From Leptonemataceae bacterium (GTDB lineage: Bacteria > Spirochaetota > Leptospiria > Leptospirales > Leptonemataceae), in contig OZ245742.1 of NCBI GenBank assembly GCA_965227295.1, positions 2,272,001 through 2,336,000 of the forward strand: a stretch of 64,000 bases of DNA, read 5' to 3'. The notes beneath the pieces are model-generated. The model did no database searches and was not told the origin of the DNA. It was given only the letters and a program-made list of their open reading frames with translations. The position numbers were made by a program, and so were the translations under genes. This document shows, piece by piece, positions 28,848-39,700 of the stretch (its first letter is position 1; every line of letters starts with the position of its first letter).

Positions 28848-28964
28848 GCGCCAGGGATTGGAAGGGTCGCGGCGCAGCCGCGAGTCCGGAGCGTAGCGGA
28901 GGACCGAAGCGCGTAGCGCGGAGCCCTGGAAAGCCCGGTCGCCGCCGAAGGCGGCGAGGCGCCC
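28848..28964 (-). repeat. Flavo-1-like structured element, free-standing copy
   Basis: Reverse complement TTTGGGCGCC-hairpin-CCGGGCTTTCCAGGGCTCCG...GCTTCGGTCC...CAATCCCTGGCGC. Confidence 0.75.
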
Positions 28965-29080
28965 AAAAAATTCATTTCAATTTCACCATGATTTTTAGTT
29001 AAGAGATCGTTTGCCGTCGGCTGCGGTTTTAGCCACGGAGGGCTTTATGCTGCGGAGGCCAGGAGGGCCGAGAGCAGCAC

Positions 29081-29135
29081 TCCGCGCCAGGCGCTCCGGA
29101 CTGGCGCTTCGCGCCACCCCTCCAATCGCTAACGC
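29081..29135 (+). repeat. 3' half of the same element
   Basis: TCCGGACTGGCGCTTCGCGCCACCCCTCCAATCGCTAACGC. Confidence 0.65.
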
Positions 29136-29179
29136 AAGAGTTGCTAATTTGGAGCCGCTCCGTCCAGGTCGTTCGCGTA

Positions 29180-30247
29180 TTACTCATCTCCCTCCCAGTC
29201 CCAGAAGAAGTCCGCGTTCGTTAACTCTTCTTCACTGGAAGTTTGTGATTCCGCCGCCGGATTGATCTCGGGGTCGCGGTCGAACAGGCGCACCTGTTCT
29301 TCGAGGTCGACGACCTCGGATTCCCAGTACTCCATGGAACCCCAGTTCGGGAAGGCGTGTGTGAAGGCCGGGTCGTCCCGGCGGCGGGCGATCCAGGCGG
29401 TGTAGTGAATGTAGCGGAGCGCGCGCAACGGTTCAATGAGTCTCAGCCAGGCGTCGTCGAACTCGCGGAACGTACGGTAGGCGTCCAGAAACACCCGGCG
29501 CTGACGCAGGCCCTCCACGTCCCGGGCCGGCACGAGCATCCAGACGTCCTGCACGGCCGGGCCGACCAGGAAATCGTCGAAGTCCAGGAAGAACCAGCCG
29601 TCGTTCCCGTGCAGCAGATTCGCAATGTGGCAGTCGCCGTGGATGCGATGCACCGGCACGCCGTCGCTTAAGTTATTGTAAACGGAAATTACGCCCTCGA
29701 CCGCGCTGCGATAACGCGCGGCCAGGTGCGTGGGGATGAGGTCGTGTTCTTCCAGGTAGGCCAGGGGCGCGCGGGCGTAACGTTCGGTATCCAGAGTAAT
29801 GCGATGCTCCGCCGGTCGCGCGGCGCCGACGTTGTGGATGCGCGCGACCAGGCGGCCCAGGATTTCCAACTGATCGTCGGAGAACTCGTCGGCCATGCGT
29901 CCGCCGGTGCGCGGCCAGATCGCGTACAAGATGTCCTCGGTCTCGCGCAGGCTATCGTCGCCGTCCGGGAACAACAACGGGGCGCAGACGGGAATCTCGT
30001 TGGCGCGCAGTTCGAACAGGAAGCCGTGCTCTTCTTCGATTTGCGCCCGGGACCAACGGCCGGGACGGTAAAATTTTGCAATGACGTGGCGTTGTTCTGC
30101 GTCTTCGAATTCGCAGCGCACGTCGTAGACGCGGTTCTCCAACGAGTTCAACTGCTGGCAGTGTCCCGTGGGTTCGAAGCCGCCGGCCGCCACGGCGTCC
30201 AGCACACGATCCGGTGTCAGCGCAAAGAAAGTATCAGAGTCCGCCAT
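29180..30247 (-). CDS. srkA: Stress response Ser/Thr kinase SrkA/RdoA (YihE)
   Basis: LNSLENRVY, KFYRPGRWS, IEEEH.F, HGDCH..N, DFDD, GPAVQD.WM, RRDDPAF. Confidence 0.92.
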   Translation of the reverse strand: MADSDTFFALTPDRVLDAVAAGGFEPTGHCQQLNSLENRVYDVRCEFEDAEQRHVIAKFYRPGRWSRAQIEEEHGFLFELRANEIPVCAPLLFPDGDDSLRETEDILYAIWPRTGGRMADEFSDDQLEILGRLVARIHNVGAARPAEHRITLDTERYARAPLAYLEEHDLIPTHLAARYRSAVEGVISVYNNLSDGVPVHRIHGDCHIANLLHGNDGWFFLDFDDFLVGPAVQDVWMLVPARDVEGLRQRRVFLDAYRTFREFDDAWLRLIEPLRALRYIHYTAWIARRRDDPAFTHAFPNWGSMEYWESEVVDLEEQVRLFDRDPEINPAAESQTSSEEELTNADFFWDWEGDE

Positions 30248-30361
30248 GCAGCGGATAGGAAGATGCGGTGTACGTTGACGGTCAATTTTTTTTGTGGTAC
30301 GTTAGAGAGCGCCCTGTTGCCCGGTTTCACCGTGGATGTCGACCGGTTCTACGCCGACTGA

Positions 30362-31780
30362 TCAGCCGTCCTCCGTCCCGTTTCGCGCCCACTTCTTCTG
30401 GTTCACCGCCGACTTCATGTTCTCGAGGGCGTCCAGGGAAATCGCGCGGAACAACTCGTCCGCCGGAGAGCCGCGACCTTCTTTCATAATATCATCCAGT
30501 ACGAAGTTAACGATCTCCCCGATGATCTCCTCGCCCCGATCGCCGTCCAGAGACTCCGCCAGGGTGTCGTTGATGCCGTCGAAGACCGCCACGCCGATTT
30601 CCCGCGTGAGCCGCTCTTTAATGAAGTCCGGCACGAACTGGAGCGACGGCACGCGCCGGGCCGCGTCTTCCAGGCTCTTGCCGAGCAACTGTCGCGTCCG
30701 TTCCTGGCCGGGTCGCTGCGCCGACATGCGCTGCACGTAACCGACGATGAGTGTCTTGAGTTCCTCCCGTCGCGGCTCGAGCGCCCTCAGGAAAATGTCG
30801 ATGCTCGCGCCGCTCTTGATTTCGTCCTGCATCTCGGAGAGAATGCGCGCCGCCACGCGGTCGGAGATCTCCTCCGTAATGATCGCCGAGTAGCTCTTAA
30901 CGGCGCGGCTGATGAAGTCGTCCCCGACCTTCGTGAGATCGCTGCGGTGCAGACGTACATAAATCGAAAGCACGCGGAACAAACGAAAGATGCGAAACTC
31001 CGCGAACGGGATGAGCCCGAGCACGTCGTACCAGTTGTAGATCGGAAAGAGCCACCAGCGCACGAGAGTACGCCGGCGCACGGCCAGAAACCAGCGTACC
31101 AAAAACTCAATCAAGAACACAATCAAGAACGGTGCGTCCAGGCGCAGGAAGTGGTCTTCGTACCGGCCGCTCAAATCCCGCCGGCGCTCGAAGTTCATTT
31201 CGAAGAGCGGCCGGACTCGTTCACGAAAGTAGGCCGCGCGTTCCTTCGCGGAATCCGGGGCCGTCCAGAAGGCTTCCGAGGCCGTGGCGAAGGCCGGCAC
31301 ACTGTTCTTCGGCGTGCGCGCGTCTTCGAAAATGCCGAGGCCGCTGAAGCCGCGGTCCGGTTCCGGTCCCTCCGCCGGGGGGAGCTCGCCGCCGGCGTAC
31401 TCGCGCATCGCGTCGGCGGCCCGGCGCAGATTCGCACTCTGGCCGGACTCCGCGAAGGGATTGTTCTCCGCGAAACTGCGGGAGAGTTCGATGAGTTCCC
31501 CGGCCAGGGCCTCGCGTTCCGCGGCCTGGTCCGCCTCGAAGTAACGTTCGGCGCGATTCAAATATTCCCGGGTCTGCGGATCGTCCTCGACGCCTTTGAC
31601 GGGGTCGTAGATCTCCACGACGATCGGACTATACGCAAACAAATACGGTCGCAGATAAAAATACGTCCAGTCGAAGCCGATCAACAGCACGTTGATGACG
31701 GCGATGAGGATCATGAACAGGTCCCAGGCCAGGCGCAGGCTGAAACCGCGTTCGCGAATTTGCTTGAGGTCGAGCACCAT
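30362..31780 (-). CDS. Ion-transport-like membrane protein
   Basis: WDLFMILIAVIN; FLIEFLVRW...NWYDVLG..P...FRIFRLFRVL S4-like segment. Confidence 0.7.
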   Translation of the reverse strand: MVLDLKQIRERGFSLRLAWDLFMILIAVINVLLIGFDWTYFYLRPYLFAYSPIVVEIYDPVKGVEDDPQTREYLNRAERYFEADQAAEREALAGELIELSRSFAENNPFAESGQSANLRRAADAMREYAGGELPPAEGPEPDRGFSGLGIFEDARTPKNSVPAFATASEAFWTAPDSAKERAAYFRERVRPLFEMNFERRRDLSGRYEDHFLRLDAPFLIVFLIEFLVRWFLAVRRRTLVRWWLFPIYNWYDVLGLIPFAEFRIFRLFRVLSIYVRLHRSDLTKVGDDFISRAVKSYSAIITEEISDRVAARILSEMQDEIKSGASIDIFLRALEPRREELKTLIVGYVQRMSAQRPGQERTRQLLGKSLEDAARRVPSLQFVPDFIKERLTREIGVAVFDGINDTLAESLDGDRGEEIIGEIVNFVLDDIMKEGRGSPADELFRAISLDALENMKSAVNQKKWARNGTEDG

Positions 31781-31831
31781 TGTATTAGAAGATACCGTGC
31801 TTTCGGTGTTCCGGCGAGCCAGGGGGAGTCG

Positions 31832-32626
31832 ATGAACTATGATCTCGAAGTGAAACATCAGCCGGCGGCGGCCGGAAAAAATGCGCCGCCGTTGCTGTTC
31901 GTACATGGAGCCTGGCACGGCGCCTGGTGTTGGGCGGAGCACTTTCTGCCGTACTTTGCAGCCCAGGGCTTCGATGCGTACGCCCTCAGTTTGCGCGGTC
32001 ACGGCGAAAGCTCCGGTCGCGAGGGGCTGCGCTGGTTCAGTATCCGCGACTACGTCGACGACGTGGAGCGCATCATCGGCACGCTGCCGGCGCCGCCGGT
32101 GTTGATCGGCCACAGCATGGGCGGCCTCGTGGTGCAAAAGTACCTCGAGCGCGCGGCGGTACCCGGAGCCGTGCTCGTGGCGCCGGTTCCCACCGAGGGC
32201 GTGTGGCGCACGGTGCTGCGGCTGCTCGGCAGTGATCCCGTGGGCGTTTTGCTGGTGCTTGCGCGTTTGAGCCTGGAACCGCTGGTGCGCTCGTCGCGCT
32301 GGAGTCGCGAGCATTTCTTTTCGAAGGATATCCATCCCGCCGACCTGGCGCGTTATCACGAGCGCATGCAAAGTGAATCTTTTCGTGCCTTAGTGGATAT
32401 GCTGCTCCTCGCTCTGCCGCGGCCGAAGCGCGTCCATCGCGTGCCCATGCTTGTTCTGGGCGCCGAGGACGATACCATCTTCCGACCCGCCCAGGTGCGC
32501 CGCACCGCCGCTCGTTACGGCGCCGCCCTGCGCATGTTTGAAGACACGGCCCATGACATGATGCTCGAACGCAAGCACCAGGCCGTCGCCGATGTCATGA
32601 TCGAGTGGATCCGGGAGCAGGTCTGA
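31832..32626 (+). CDS. Alpha/beta hydrolase
   Basis: FVHGAWHGAWCW, GHSMGG, HDMML. Confidence 0.92.
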   Translation: MNYDLEVKHQPAAAGKNAPPLLFVHGAWHGAWCWAEHFLPYFAAQGFDAYALSLRGHGESSGREGLRWFSIRDYVDDVERIIGTLPAPPVLIGHSMGGLVVQKYLERAAVPGAVLVAPVPTEGVWRTVLRLLGSDPVGVLLVLARLSLEPLVRSSRWSREHFFSKDIHPADLARYHERMQSESFRALVDMLLLALPRPKRVHRVPMLVLGAEDDTIFRPAQVRRTAARYGAALRMFEDTAHDMMLERKHQAVADVMIEWIREQV

Positions 32627-33681
32627 TGCGTCGCGGCCTGCTGTGTTTTTTCTGCGCGTTGCCGTTGTTCGCCGAGCCCGGGCAGATCCGCCCCACGAAT
32701 CTCTGGGAGGACGTCGCCTACCGTCCCGTGGCCGGCCGGGAGGGCTACGTGCAGGCCTGGAACGTCAACGTCCGCAGCGGCGCGCGGCGCATCTATCTAA
32801 CTTACGTTGTAAGTAACTTAGGACCGGGCGACCTGAACAGCGGCGTGGTCGTCCTGCTCTACGACGAAACCACGGGGCAGAGCCGCAGTCATACGGCCGA
32901 GTTTGCGGAGGAGGATCTGGAAGGCCGGCCGGGAGTCTTCGGCCACGCCAGCGGTTACAACTACATCTATCCGGTGCCGGAAGGCCTGCGCGTCTTCGTT
33001 AAGATGCCCGGCAAGGTGGAACTGGATCTCGTGTTCTCGGATCTGCGGCCCGGCGTCGCGATTTCCGGCGGTCCCTTTCGCTGCACGCGGAACGACGGCG
33101 ATTTTTTCCGCGCGGACATTCCGGTGGCGCATGCGAACGTGCGGGGCACGCTGCAAGTGAACGGCGAAACATCCCGGGACATTCGCGGCACGGGCGGCCT
33201 TGAGTATTTGCGCACGAACTGCTCGCCGGACGTCTACGCCCGCAGCTTCAGTCTCATGCGAACCTACGAGGATCGGAACGGACTCTACGCCGGCCTCATG
33301 GACCCCGCCCCCGGCGCGCGCCCGGGCGGGGGCTTTGATCGTTACGCCTGGATGGAGCGCGGCCGGGTGCGTCGGTCGGGTTTGATCGTGGCGGTGGAAA
33401 CAAGTGAATCGCGGCGCGCGCCGATTTCGGGCTACGACGTGCCCATGCTGCGGGAGATGCGCACGCAGGACGGCTGCACGATCGAAGAACGCAAACTTCA
33501 ATTCGCCGGCGGTTACTCGGTGCTCGCGAACGTTTCGCGCATTCTGCGCTGGTTCCTGCACGCGTTTTTCGCGAAGCCCTACGTGTTGCACTACGACGCC
33601 CGGATCATTCTGCGATGCCCGGACGGAGTCACGGCGGAGTTCCCGAACGGCCAGAGCACGCACTACTTCTTGAACGAGTGA
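32626..33681 (+). CDS. Secreted hypothetical protein (beta-rich, possibly AttH/lipocalin-like)
   Basis: Signal peptide MRRGLLCFFCALPLFA; translationally coupled to the hydrolase. Confidence 0.6.
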   Translation: MRRGLLCFFCALPLFAEPGQIRPTNLWEDVAYRPVAGREGYVQAWNVNVRSGARRIYLTYVVSNLGPGDLNSGVVVLLYDETTGQSRSHTAEFAEEDLEGRPGVFGHASGYNYIYPVPEGLRVFVKMPGKVELDLVFSDLRPGVAISGGPFRCTRNDGDFFRADIPVAHANVRGTLQVNGETSRDIRGTGGLEYLRTNCSPDVYARSFSLMRTYEDRNGLYAGLMDPAPGARPGGGFDRYAWMERGRVRRSGLIVAVETSESRRAPISGYDVPMLREMRTQDGCTIEERKLQFAGGYSVLANVSRILRWFLHAFFAKPYVLHYDARIILRCPDGVTAEFPNGQSTHYFLNE

Positions 33682-34204
33682 CGCTAACCGGACAGCAAGT
33701 CTTGAACTACCGAAACGTTTTTATTCGTTCGCACACGCCCCGGATCGTGGTGTAAGTGGCGGCCAGTTTGGCTTAAGCCTTGTATGGGTACGGCTGGTTC
33801 CAGGCGACCACGGAGATTATGCCGGGGAAATGTGGGGTGCGCACCGGAACGGCGTCTTCTTCGTAAGAATCGCTTCGGTAACTGAGTCGCAAAACAACGT
33901 CCGGGTCGAACGCAGCATCCGCGAGCAAAACGACTATCCACAACTCCCGCATCGCCGTAGCCAAATGAATCCCTTCACCATTGCGCAACTTACTGTGTGT
34001 ATCTCACGGCAAACGCCGCGAACCGCAGCTCTTGAACGACCGGAAAGTTTTCAATGGTTCGAGCACGCCACGAATCGTGATGTAAGTTAAGGCCAGTTTG
34101 GATTAAGCCTTTTATGGGTACAGCTGGTTCCAGCAGATGGACGGAGGTCATGCCGGGGAACATGGTAAGGCGCACCGGAACGGCGTCTTCATCGTAAAGA
34201 TTCG
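33678..34204 (+). repeat. Long-unit tandem repeat array B1 (period 330 bp)
   Basis: Anchor CTTGAAC at 33701 and 34031. Confidence 0.88.
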
Positions 34205-34290
34205 CATGATCAGAACACCGTTACGATTTTTTAGAACACGCCCCGCCCGGACTGCGTCAAAGCCGGGAACGTTCTCTGGGAGTCCTGAAT

Positions 34291-35040
34291 ATGCTGCGCC
34301 GAATCATACCCGCCCTTACCCTGATCACCGCAATCCTCTGCACCGCCTGCGGAACCGCGCGCGGATTCTCCGCCGGTAAACTCGGTCCGGTCACCGGCGA
34401 AAAACGAGAAATCGACGACGCCTACATTCGCGAAAAACTCGCGCGCAGGCCTCAGGCATCGGTGCCCCTGCGCGTCGGCGTTTATTTTATTCCGCCGCGA
34501 CCTGACTACGATCATGAATACGAGACACCCGTGGAAGCCGCCTGGCGCGTCGACGGCGACGACCGTGACGCGCTGCTGAACATCGGCGAAGAGTTGCGCA
34601 AGGCCGGCGTGGTCTCGCAATTCTTTTTGATGAGTGACGCCGTCCTGGAACTCAGCATGCAGACGAACCTCCAGCGTGAGTCGGATGATCTGCTTGCCCT
34701 GCGGCGCATGGCCGCCCTCCACAATGCCGACGCGGTGCTGGTGATCGGCGGGCGCAGCGAGGTTCGCGAGCGTGCGAATTTGCTCTCGGCGTTGTATTTG
34801 ACCGTGGCGGGCATGTTCGTCATTCCCGGTTCGGAGCGGGATGCGAGCTTTACCTGGCGCGGGACCCTGTGGGACGTGCGCAACGAGTATCTCTACGCCG
34901 TTGCTGAACACGAGGCCTCGGCCGCTAATATACGCCCGCTGGCACTTACGAACGAAGAAGAGCTAATTGAAGAAGCCAAAGACGCGGCCATGAAAAAGTT
35001 CTCCGCGGAACTCCAGGCCCAGATCAGCCGGTTGAAGTAA
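34291..35040 (+). CDS. Lipoprotein (rhombotarget lipoprotein-like)
   Basis: Lipobox LCTAC; PLRVGVYF; NLLSALYLTVAGMFVIPG; LWDVRN. Confidence 0.65.
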   Translation: MLRRIIPALTLITAILCTACGTARGFSAGKLGPVTGEKREIDDAYIREKLARRPQASVPLRVGVYFIPPRPDYDHEYETPVEAAWRVDGDDRDALLNIGEELRKAGVVSQFFLMSDAVLELSMQTNLQRESDDLLALRRMAALHNADAVLVIGGRSEVRERANLLSALYLTVAGMFVIPGSERDASFTWRGTLWDVRNEYLYAVAEHEASAANIRPLALTNEEELIEEAKDAAMKKFSAELQAQISRLK

Positions 35041-36172
35041 ACAACCGGCGTCCGGCTATGCGAAACCGGCAAACGCCGCGAACCGTAGCTCTTGAACTAC
35101 CGGAAAGTTTTCAATGGTTCGAGCACGCCCCGAATCGTGCTGTAAGTTAAGGCCAGTTTGGATTAACACTTTTTTGGGTACAGCTGGTTCCAGGCGACCA
35201 CGGAGGTCATGCCGGGAATGTGGTAAGGCGCACCGGAACGGCGTCTTCGCCGTAAGAAACGGTACCGTACGTTCTCGGTGTCTGAGCCTCACAGATTGGA
35301 AGTGCACATCAAGCGAAGCCGCACAACCAGCGTCCGGGTCGAACGCAGCATTATTAACAAAACGAAAATCCACAACTCCCGCTCAGCCGTAGCCAAAAAA
35401 TCCCCTTCACCATTGCGCAACTTACTGTGTGTATCTCACGGCAAACGCCGCGAACCGCAGCTCTTGAACTACCGGAAAGTTTTCAATGGTTCGAGCACGC
35501 CCCGAATCGTGATGTAAGTTAAGGCCAGTTTGGATTAAGCCTTTTTTGGGTGCAGCTGGTTCCAGCAGATGGGCGGAGGTCATGCCGGGGAACATGGTAA
35601 GGCGCACCGGAACGGCGTCTTCGCCGTAAGAAACGACCGGTGTCTGGGCCTCACAGATTGGAAGTGCACATCAAGCGAATCCGCACCCCGGAGCCCCGCT
35701 CTATTCGCGGGGCGGAGCGGGTGCGGGTTCGCGATAGCTGAGTCGCACAACCAGCGTCCGGGTCGAACGCAGCATTCTTCGCAAAACGAAAATCCACAAC
35801 TCCCGCTTCGCCGTAGCCAAATCAATCCCCTCACCATTGCGCAACTTACCTTGCATCTCGCGGCAAACGTCGCGAGACACAGCTCTTGAACTACCGGAAA
35901 CGTTTTTGTTTGTTCGAGCACGCCCCGAATCGTGACGTAAGTGGCGGTCAGTGTGCATTAAGGCTTTTATGATTACGGCTGGTTCCAGCTAACGTGCGGA
36001 GGTCATGCCGGGGAAATGTGGAGCGCGCACCGGAACGGCGTCTTCGCCGTAAGAAACGGTACCGTACGTTCTCGGTGTCTGAGCCTCACAAATTGAAAGT
36101 GCACATCAAGCGAATCCGCACCCCGGAGCCCCGCTCTATCCGCGGGGCGGAGCGGGTGCGGGTGCGCGCTAA
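35041..36172 (+). repeat. Long-unit tandem repeat array B2 (periods 372 and 422 bp)
   Basis: Anchor at 35091, 35463 and 35885; insert after CGTAAGAA. Confidence 0.9.
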
Positions 36173-36173
36173 C

Positions 36174-36575
36174 TCAACTGCCCCGCTGCGGAATGCGCAT
36201 GGGTTTGCCCTTGTCGTTCAACGCCACGTAAGTAATTTCGCAGGCGATCACTTCGCGGAAGGTTTCGTTCTCCGGATCGAAGGCGAGGATCTTGCCGTCG
36301 ACGCGTACCGTGGTCCGGCTGATCTCGTTGATGCGACTGTAGATTTGCAGGATGTCTCCCAGGAACGCCGGGTTGCGGAAGCGGATGTTGTCCATGGAAA
36401 GCGTGGCGAAGCGTTTGTACTTCAGAACCTTGCAGGCGTACATGTACAGGTCTTTGTCGAGCCACGCGGTGAGCTGTCCGCCGAAAATGTGATGATTCGG
36501 ATTCAGATGTTCCGTCATGACCAGGTGCTGGCTGGCCAGGGCATAGTCTTCGAGATTGAATTCGCTTTCAGGCAT
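36174..36575 (-). CDS. Acyl-CoA thioesterase (hotdog fold)
   Basis: HLNPNHHIFGGQLTAWLD; F..P..LGD; TYVALNDKGKP. Confidence 0.9.
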   Translation of the reverse strand: MPESEFNLEDYALASQHLVMTEHLNPNHHIFGGQLTAWLDKDLYMYACKVLKYKRFATLSMDNIRFRNPAFLGDILQIYSRINEISRTTVRVDGKILAFDPENETFREVIACEITYVALNDKGKPMRIPQRGS

Positions 36576-36752
36576 GGGTTACGCCGGCGCCTGTAAATTG
36601 ATGAAACACCGGATGGTTTCAGGGCGCAGCGGTCGAGGGTGTCTGTCAAGCGGTTCCCGGATTTTGGTGGACCGAGGAGGGGCCGGGTGGTTCCTTCGTT
36701 GTCCTCCGCCCGTTTTTAGCGTTACTTACGAAACGAGACGGGCCCGCGGCTT

Positions 36753-39700
36753 ATGCGCCATTCCAGCACACTTACGGATCGCATTCTTAAAGATCGTTAC
36801 GAGGTTCGAGAACTCCTCGGCGAAGGCGGCATGGGCCGGGTCTTTCGCGTATGGGATCGCCGGTCCCGGGAAGACCTGGCGCTGAAGCTCATCGATACCC
36901 GCAACAAGAAGTTTCCCCTGGAAACGGTGCTGCGTTTTCGCTCCGAGGCGGAGACACTCAAGTCCCTGCGGCATCCGTCCATCATTCGTTACGTCGACTA
37001 CTTCGAGGACGACGACCAGCACGCCCTGGTCACGGAGTTCATCGATGCGCCGACGTTGCGCGAGTACCTCGACGATCTGCTCGACCAGCAGCACGCCGGC
37101 ATCGATACCGCGCTTATGATCCTGCGCGGCGTCGGTGAGGCCCTGGTTTACCTGCACGACCGCGGCCTGGTACATCACGACCTGAAGTCCTCGAACATTC
37201 TGACGGAGGTGCGCGGGCTTCCGGAAGACGCCCCGGCCGACATCAGCGGGCTGCGCATCCTGGACTTCGGTCTCTCGCATCTTGTAGGTGCCGACACCGG
37301 TTCGCATTTCGCCGGGACCCTCGCGTACATGGCGCCCGAGCAAACGGGCATGTTGCACAAGCTCGTCGATCACCGCGCGGATCTCTACTCCCTGGGCGTG
37401 ATCCTGTACGAAGTGCTCACCGGCCGCCTTCCGTTTACGGCCAACGATCCCGCCGTACTCATGCACCAGCACGTCGCCGTCACTCCGCAAAAGCCGTCGG
37501 AGTTGCGCGCGGACATTCCGCCCATCCTGGAAGAGCTGGTGCTCAAGCTGTTGAGCAAAGATCCGGAAGATCGTTATCGGACGACGGCCGGGCTCGTCCG
37601 CGACCTGGATCGATACGATCGTCTGCACGGCGACGGCGAGGACCCGGCACACATTCGTTTTCCCCTGGGCGACGAGGATCACTGGGAAAGCTTTCCGCGC
37701 CGCAATCCCTTCCTGAATCGCGAATCGGAACTGGAGCTCCTGCGCGCTACCATCGAACACGCGCGCACCTCGGAACGCGGCACGCTGGTGTTGCTCGACG
37801 GCGCTCGTTCCGTGGGCAAGACGGAACTGCTGAATCGCATCTACAACGACGAGCAGCAGGGCCGGCGCGGCGTGAAGTGGTTCTACTCACCGCGGCGTGA
37901 AGAAACGGAGAAACCGTACAAGGCCATCACCGACCTCTTACAAAACTTTCTGCAATTCCTGCGCACCATCCCCGAAGCGCGTCAGTACAAAATCGTTTCA
38001 TCGATCCAGTCGCACTTCGGCGATCGCTTTCGGTTGTTCGTGGATTTGCTTCCGGAACTTCGGGGCTGGATCGACAGCGAACAGTCGGACAATGCCGACG
38101 GCGACGACGCGCGCACGGAGGGCCCGAGTGCCCTCGTCACGAACCCCGAGTACGCCGACGTGGCCTTTGAGTTCTTTCGCGTGGTGGCCGCCTATCAGCA
38201 GGGCCTCACAATCTTTGTCGACGACTTTCACTACATGGAAGCGAGCACGGCCCGGGCTTTTCTGGAACGCATCTCGGGCGCCGACGACCTGGGCGGCGCT
38301 CCGGTGGTCCTGATCTTCGCCTACAACTACGATCTGTTGCCCGAGGTACACCGGGACGCCGTGCGCCGGGCCCTCGCTCCGCGCGAAAGCGGCACCGCGG
38401 ATTCCCACGTCCCGCGGCTCCTGCGCCTGGAACCGCTGTCGGAAGCGGTCTGCGCCGAGTTGTTGCACCAACTGTTTTCGCGTAAGCTGGACGATCTTTC
38501 CGCCTTGCTGGAACCGCTTTACTCGACCACGGGGGGCAATCCCGGGGCCTTGCGCATTCTCCTGCAAAACCTGATTGATCGTAAGTTAATATTTTTTGAT
38601 TCTAAGGGTGGCGGCACCTGGCGGACCCGGTTCGCCGAAGCGCTGGAGTACATCCGCGAACGCCAGGGCGCCCGGGGCGCGTCGTTGTGGGTACTCGAGG
38701 ACTTCTCGGACGATGAGGTCGAGTACCTCAAGCAGGCCGCGGTCTTCCAGCGGGCCTTCACCCTGGCCGCGCTGCGAGCCGTGTTGCTGCTCGAAGCCCC
38801 GCCCGAAACGGACAAGGCCGAACACGAAGGCGACGACTCCGACAACGGCGCCGCACGCCGGGACGCGCACCTGCTCGCAACCCTGGATCGCGCGGTGCAA
38901 GCTCAGATCCTCGCCGTGGATACCTCCCGGCTGTACTCGTTCCGCGATCCGGCGCTGCGCGTGCATTTATTGGAACAATTGCCCGAGGGGCAACGGCGCA
39001 TCGTACACAAGATGATTGCGCACTTTCTCGAAACCTCGGTGCTGCCGGATTCGCCGGCGGCGGTCTACGACATCGCCCATCACGAGGAGTACGCCGGAGA
39101 CTTCGACCGGGCCCTGGATTTTTACGAGCGCGCCGCTAAGTTGACCGAAAACGAACTCTACACGAATCGCCAGTCGCAGATCTACTACGAACTCGCGCAT
39201 CGTGTCATCGGCAAGATGCCGGACGATCGTGTACCCGTGGAGCGACGCTTCGAGATTCTCTTTCGTTCGATCATGCACGATCTGAATCTCAATCCGTCGC
39301 GGCCGGAGCTGGAAGATCGTCTGGCGTTGCTGGCGGAACTGGCCGGTGACGAGCGCGTGCGGACCCAACGCTTGCTTTCGGCGCGAACGCTCTTTTTGTT
39401 CATGCGCGGGCGCAAAAAGGAGATGGTGGAAACCGGCGAATCCTTGCTGGCCATCGCCTCGCCGGAAAATCCCGAGGACGCCGCGCACATCCTGCCCACG
39501 TATCTGCTCCTGGGCACGACGCCCACCGGTAAATCGTTCGAAGAGCGCGCCGACCTGTTGCGCACCGGTCTCGACATTGCCATGCGTCTGGAGCGGCCGG
39601 ACATCACGCAGGGCCCCATGGTCGCGTACATGAACATCCTCGCGTACCTCGGCAGATTCGAAGAAGCCGAACAGGAACTGCAACGTCTCACCGCCGATTT

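Noticed and set aside
30947..32371. Long N-terminal extensions of ORFs 30362..32371 and 30947..32626 (similarly 41468, 56696, 58296, 58658, 57744)
   Set aside because: Antisense or overlapping shadows in GC-rich DNA; starts were reset to where family motifs begin
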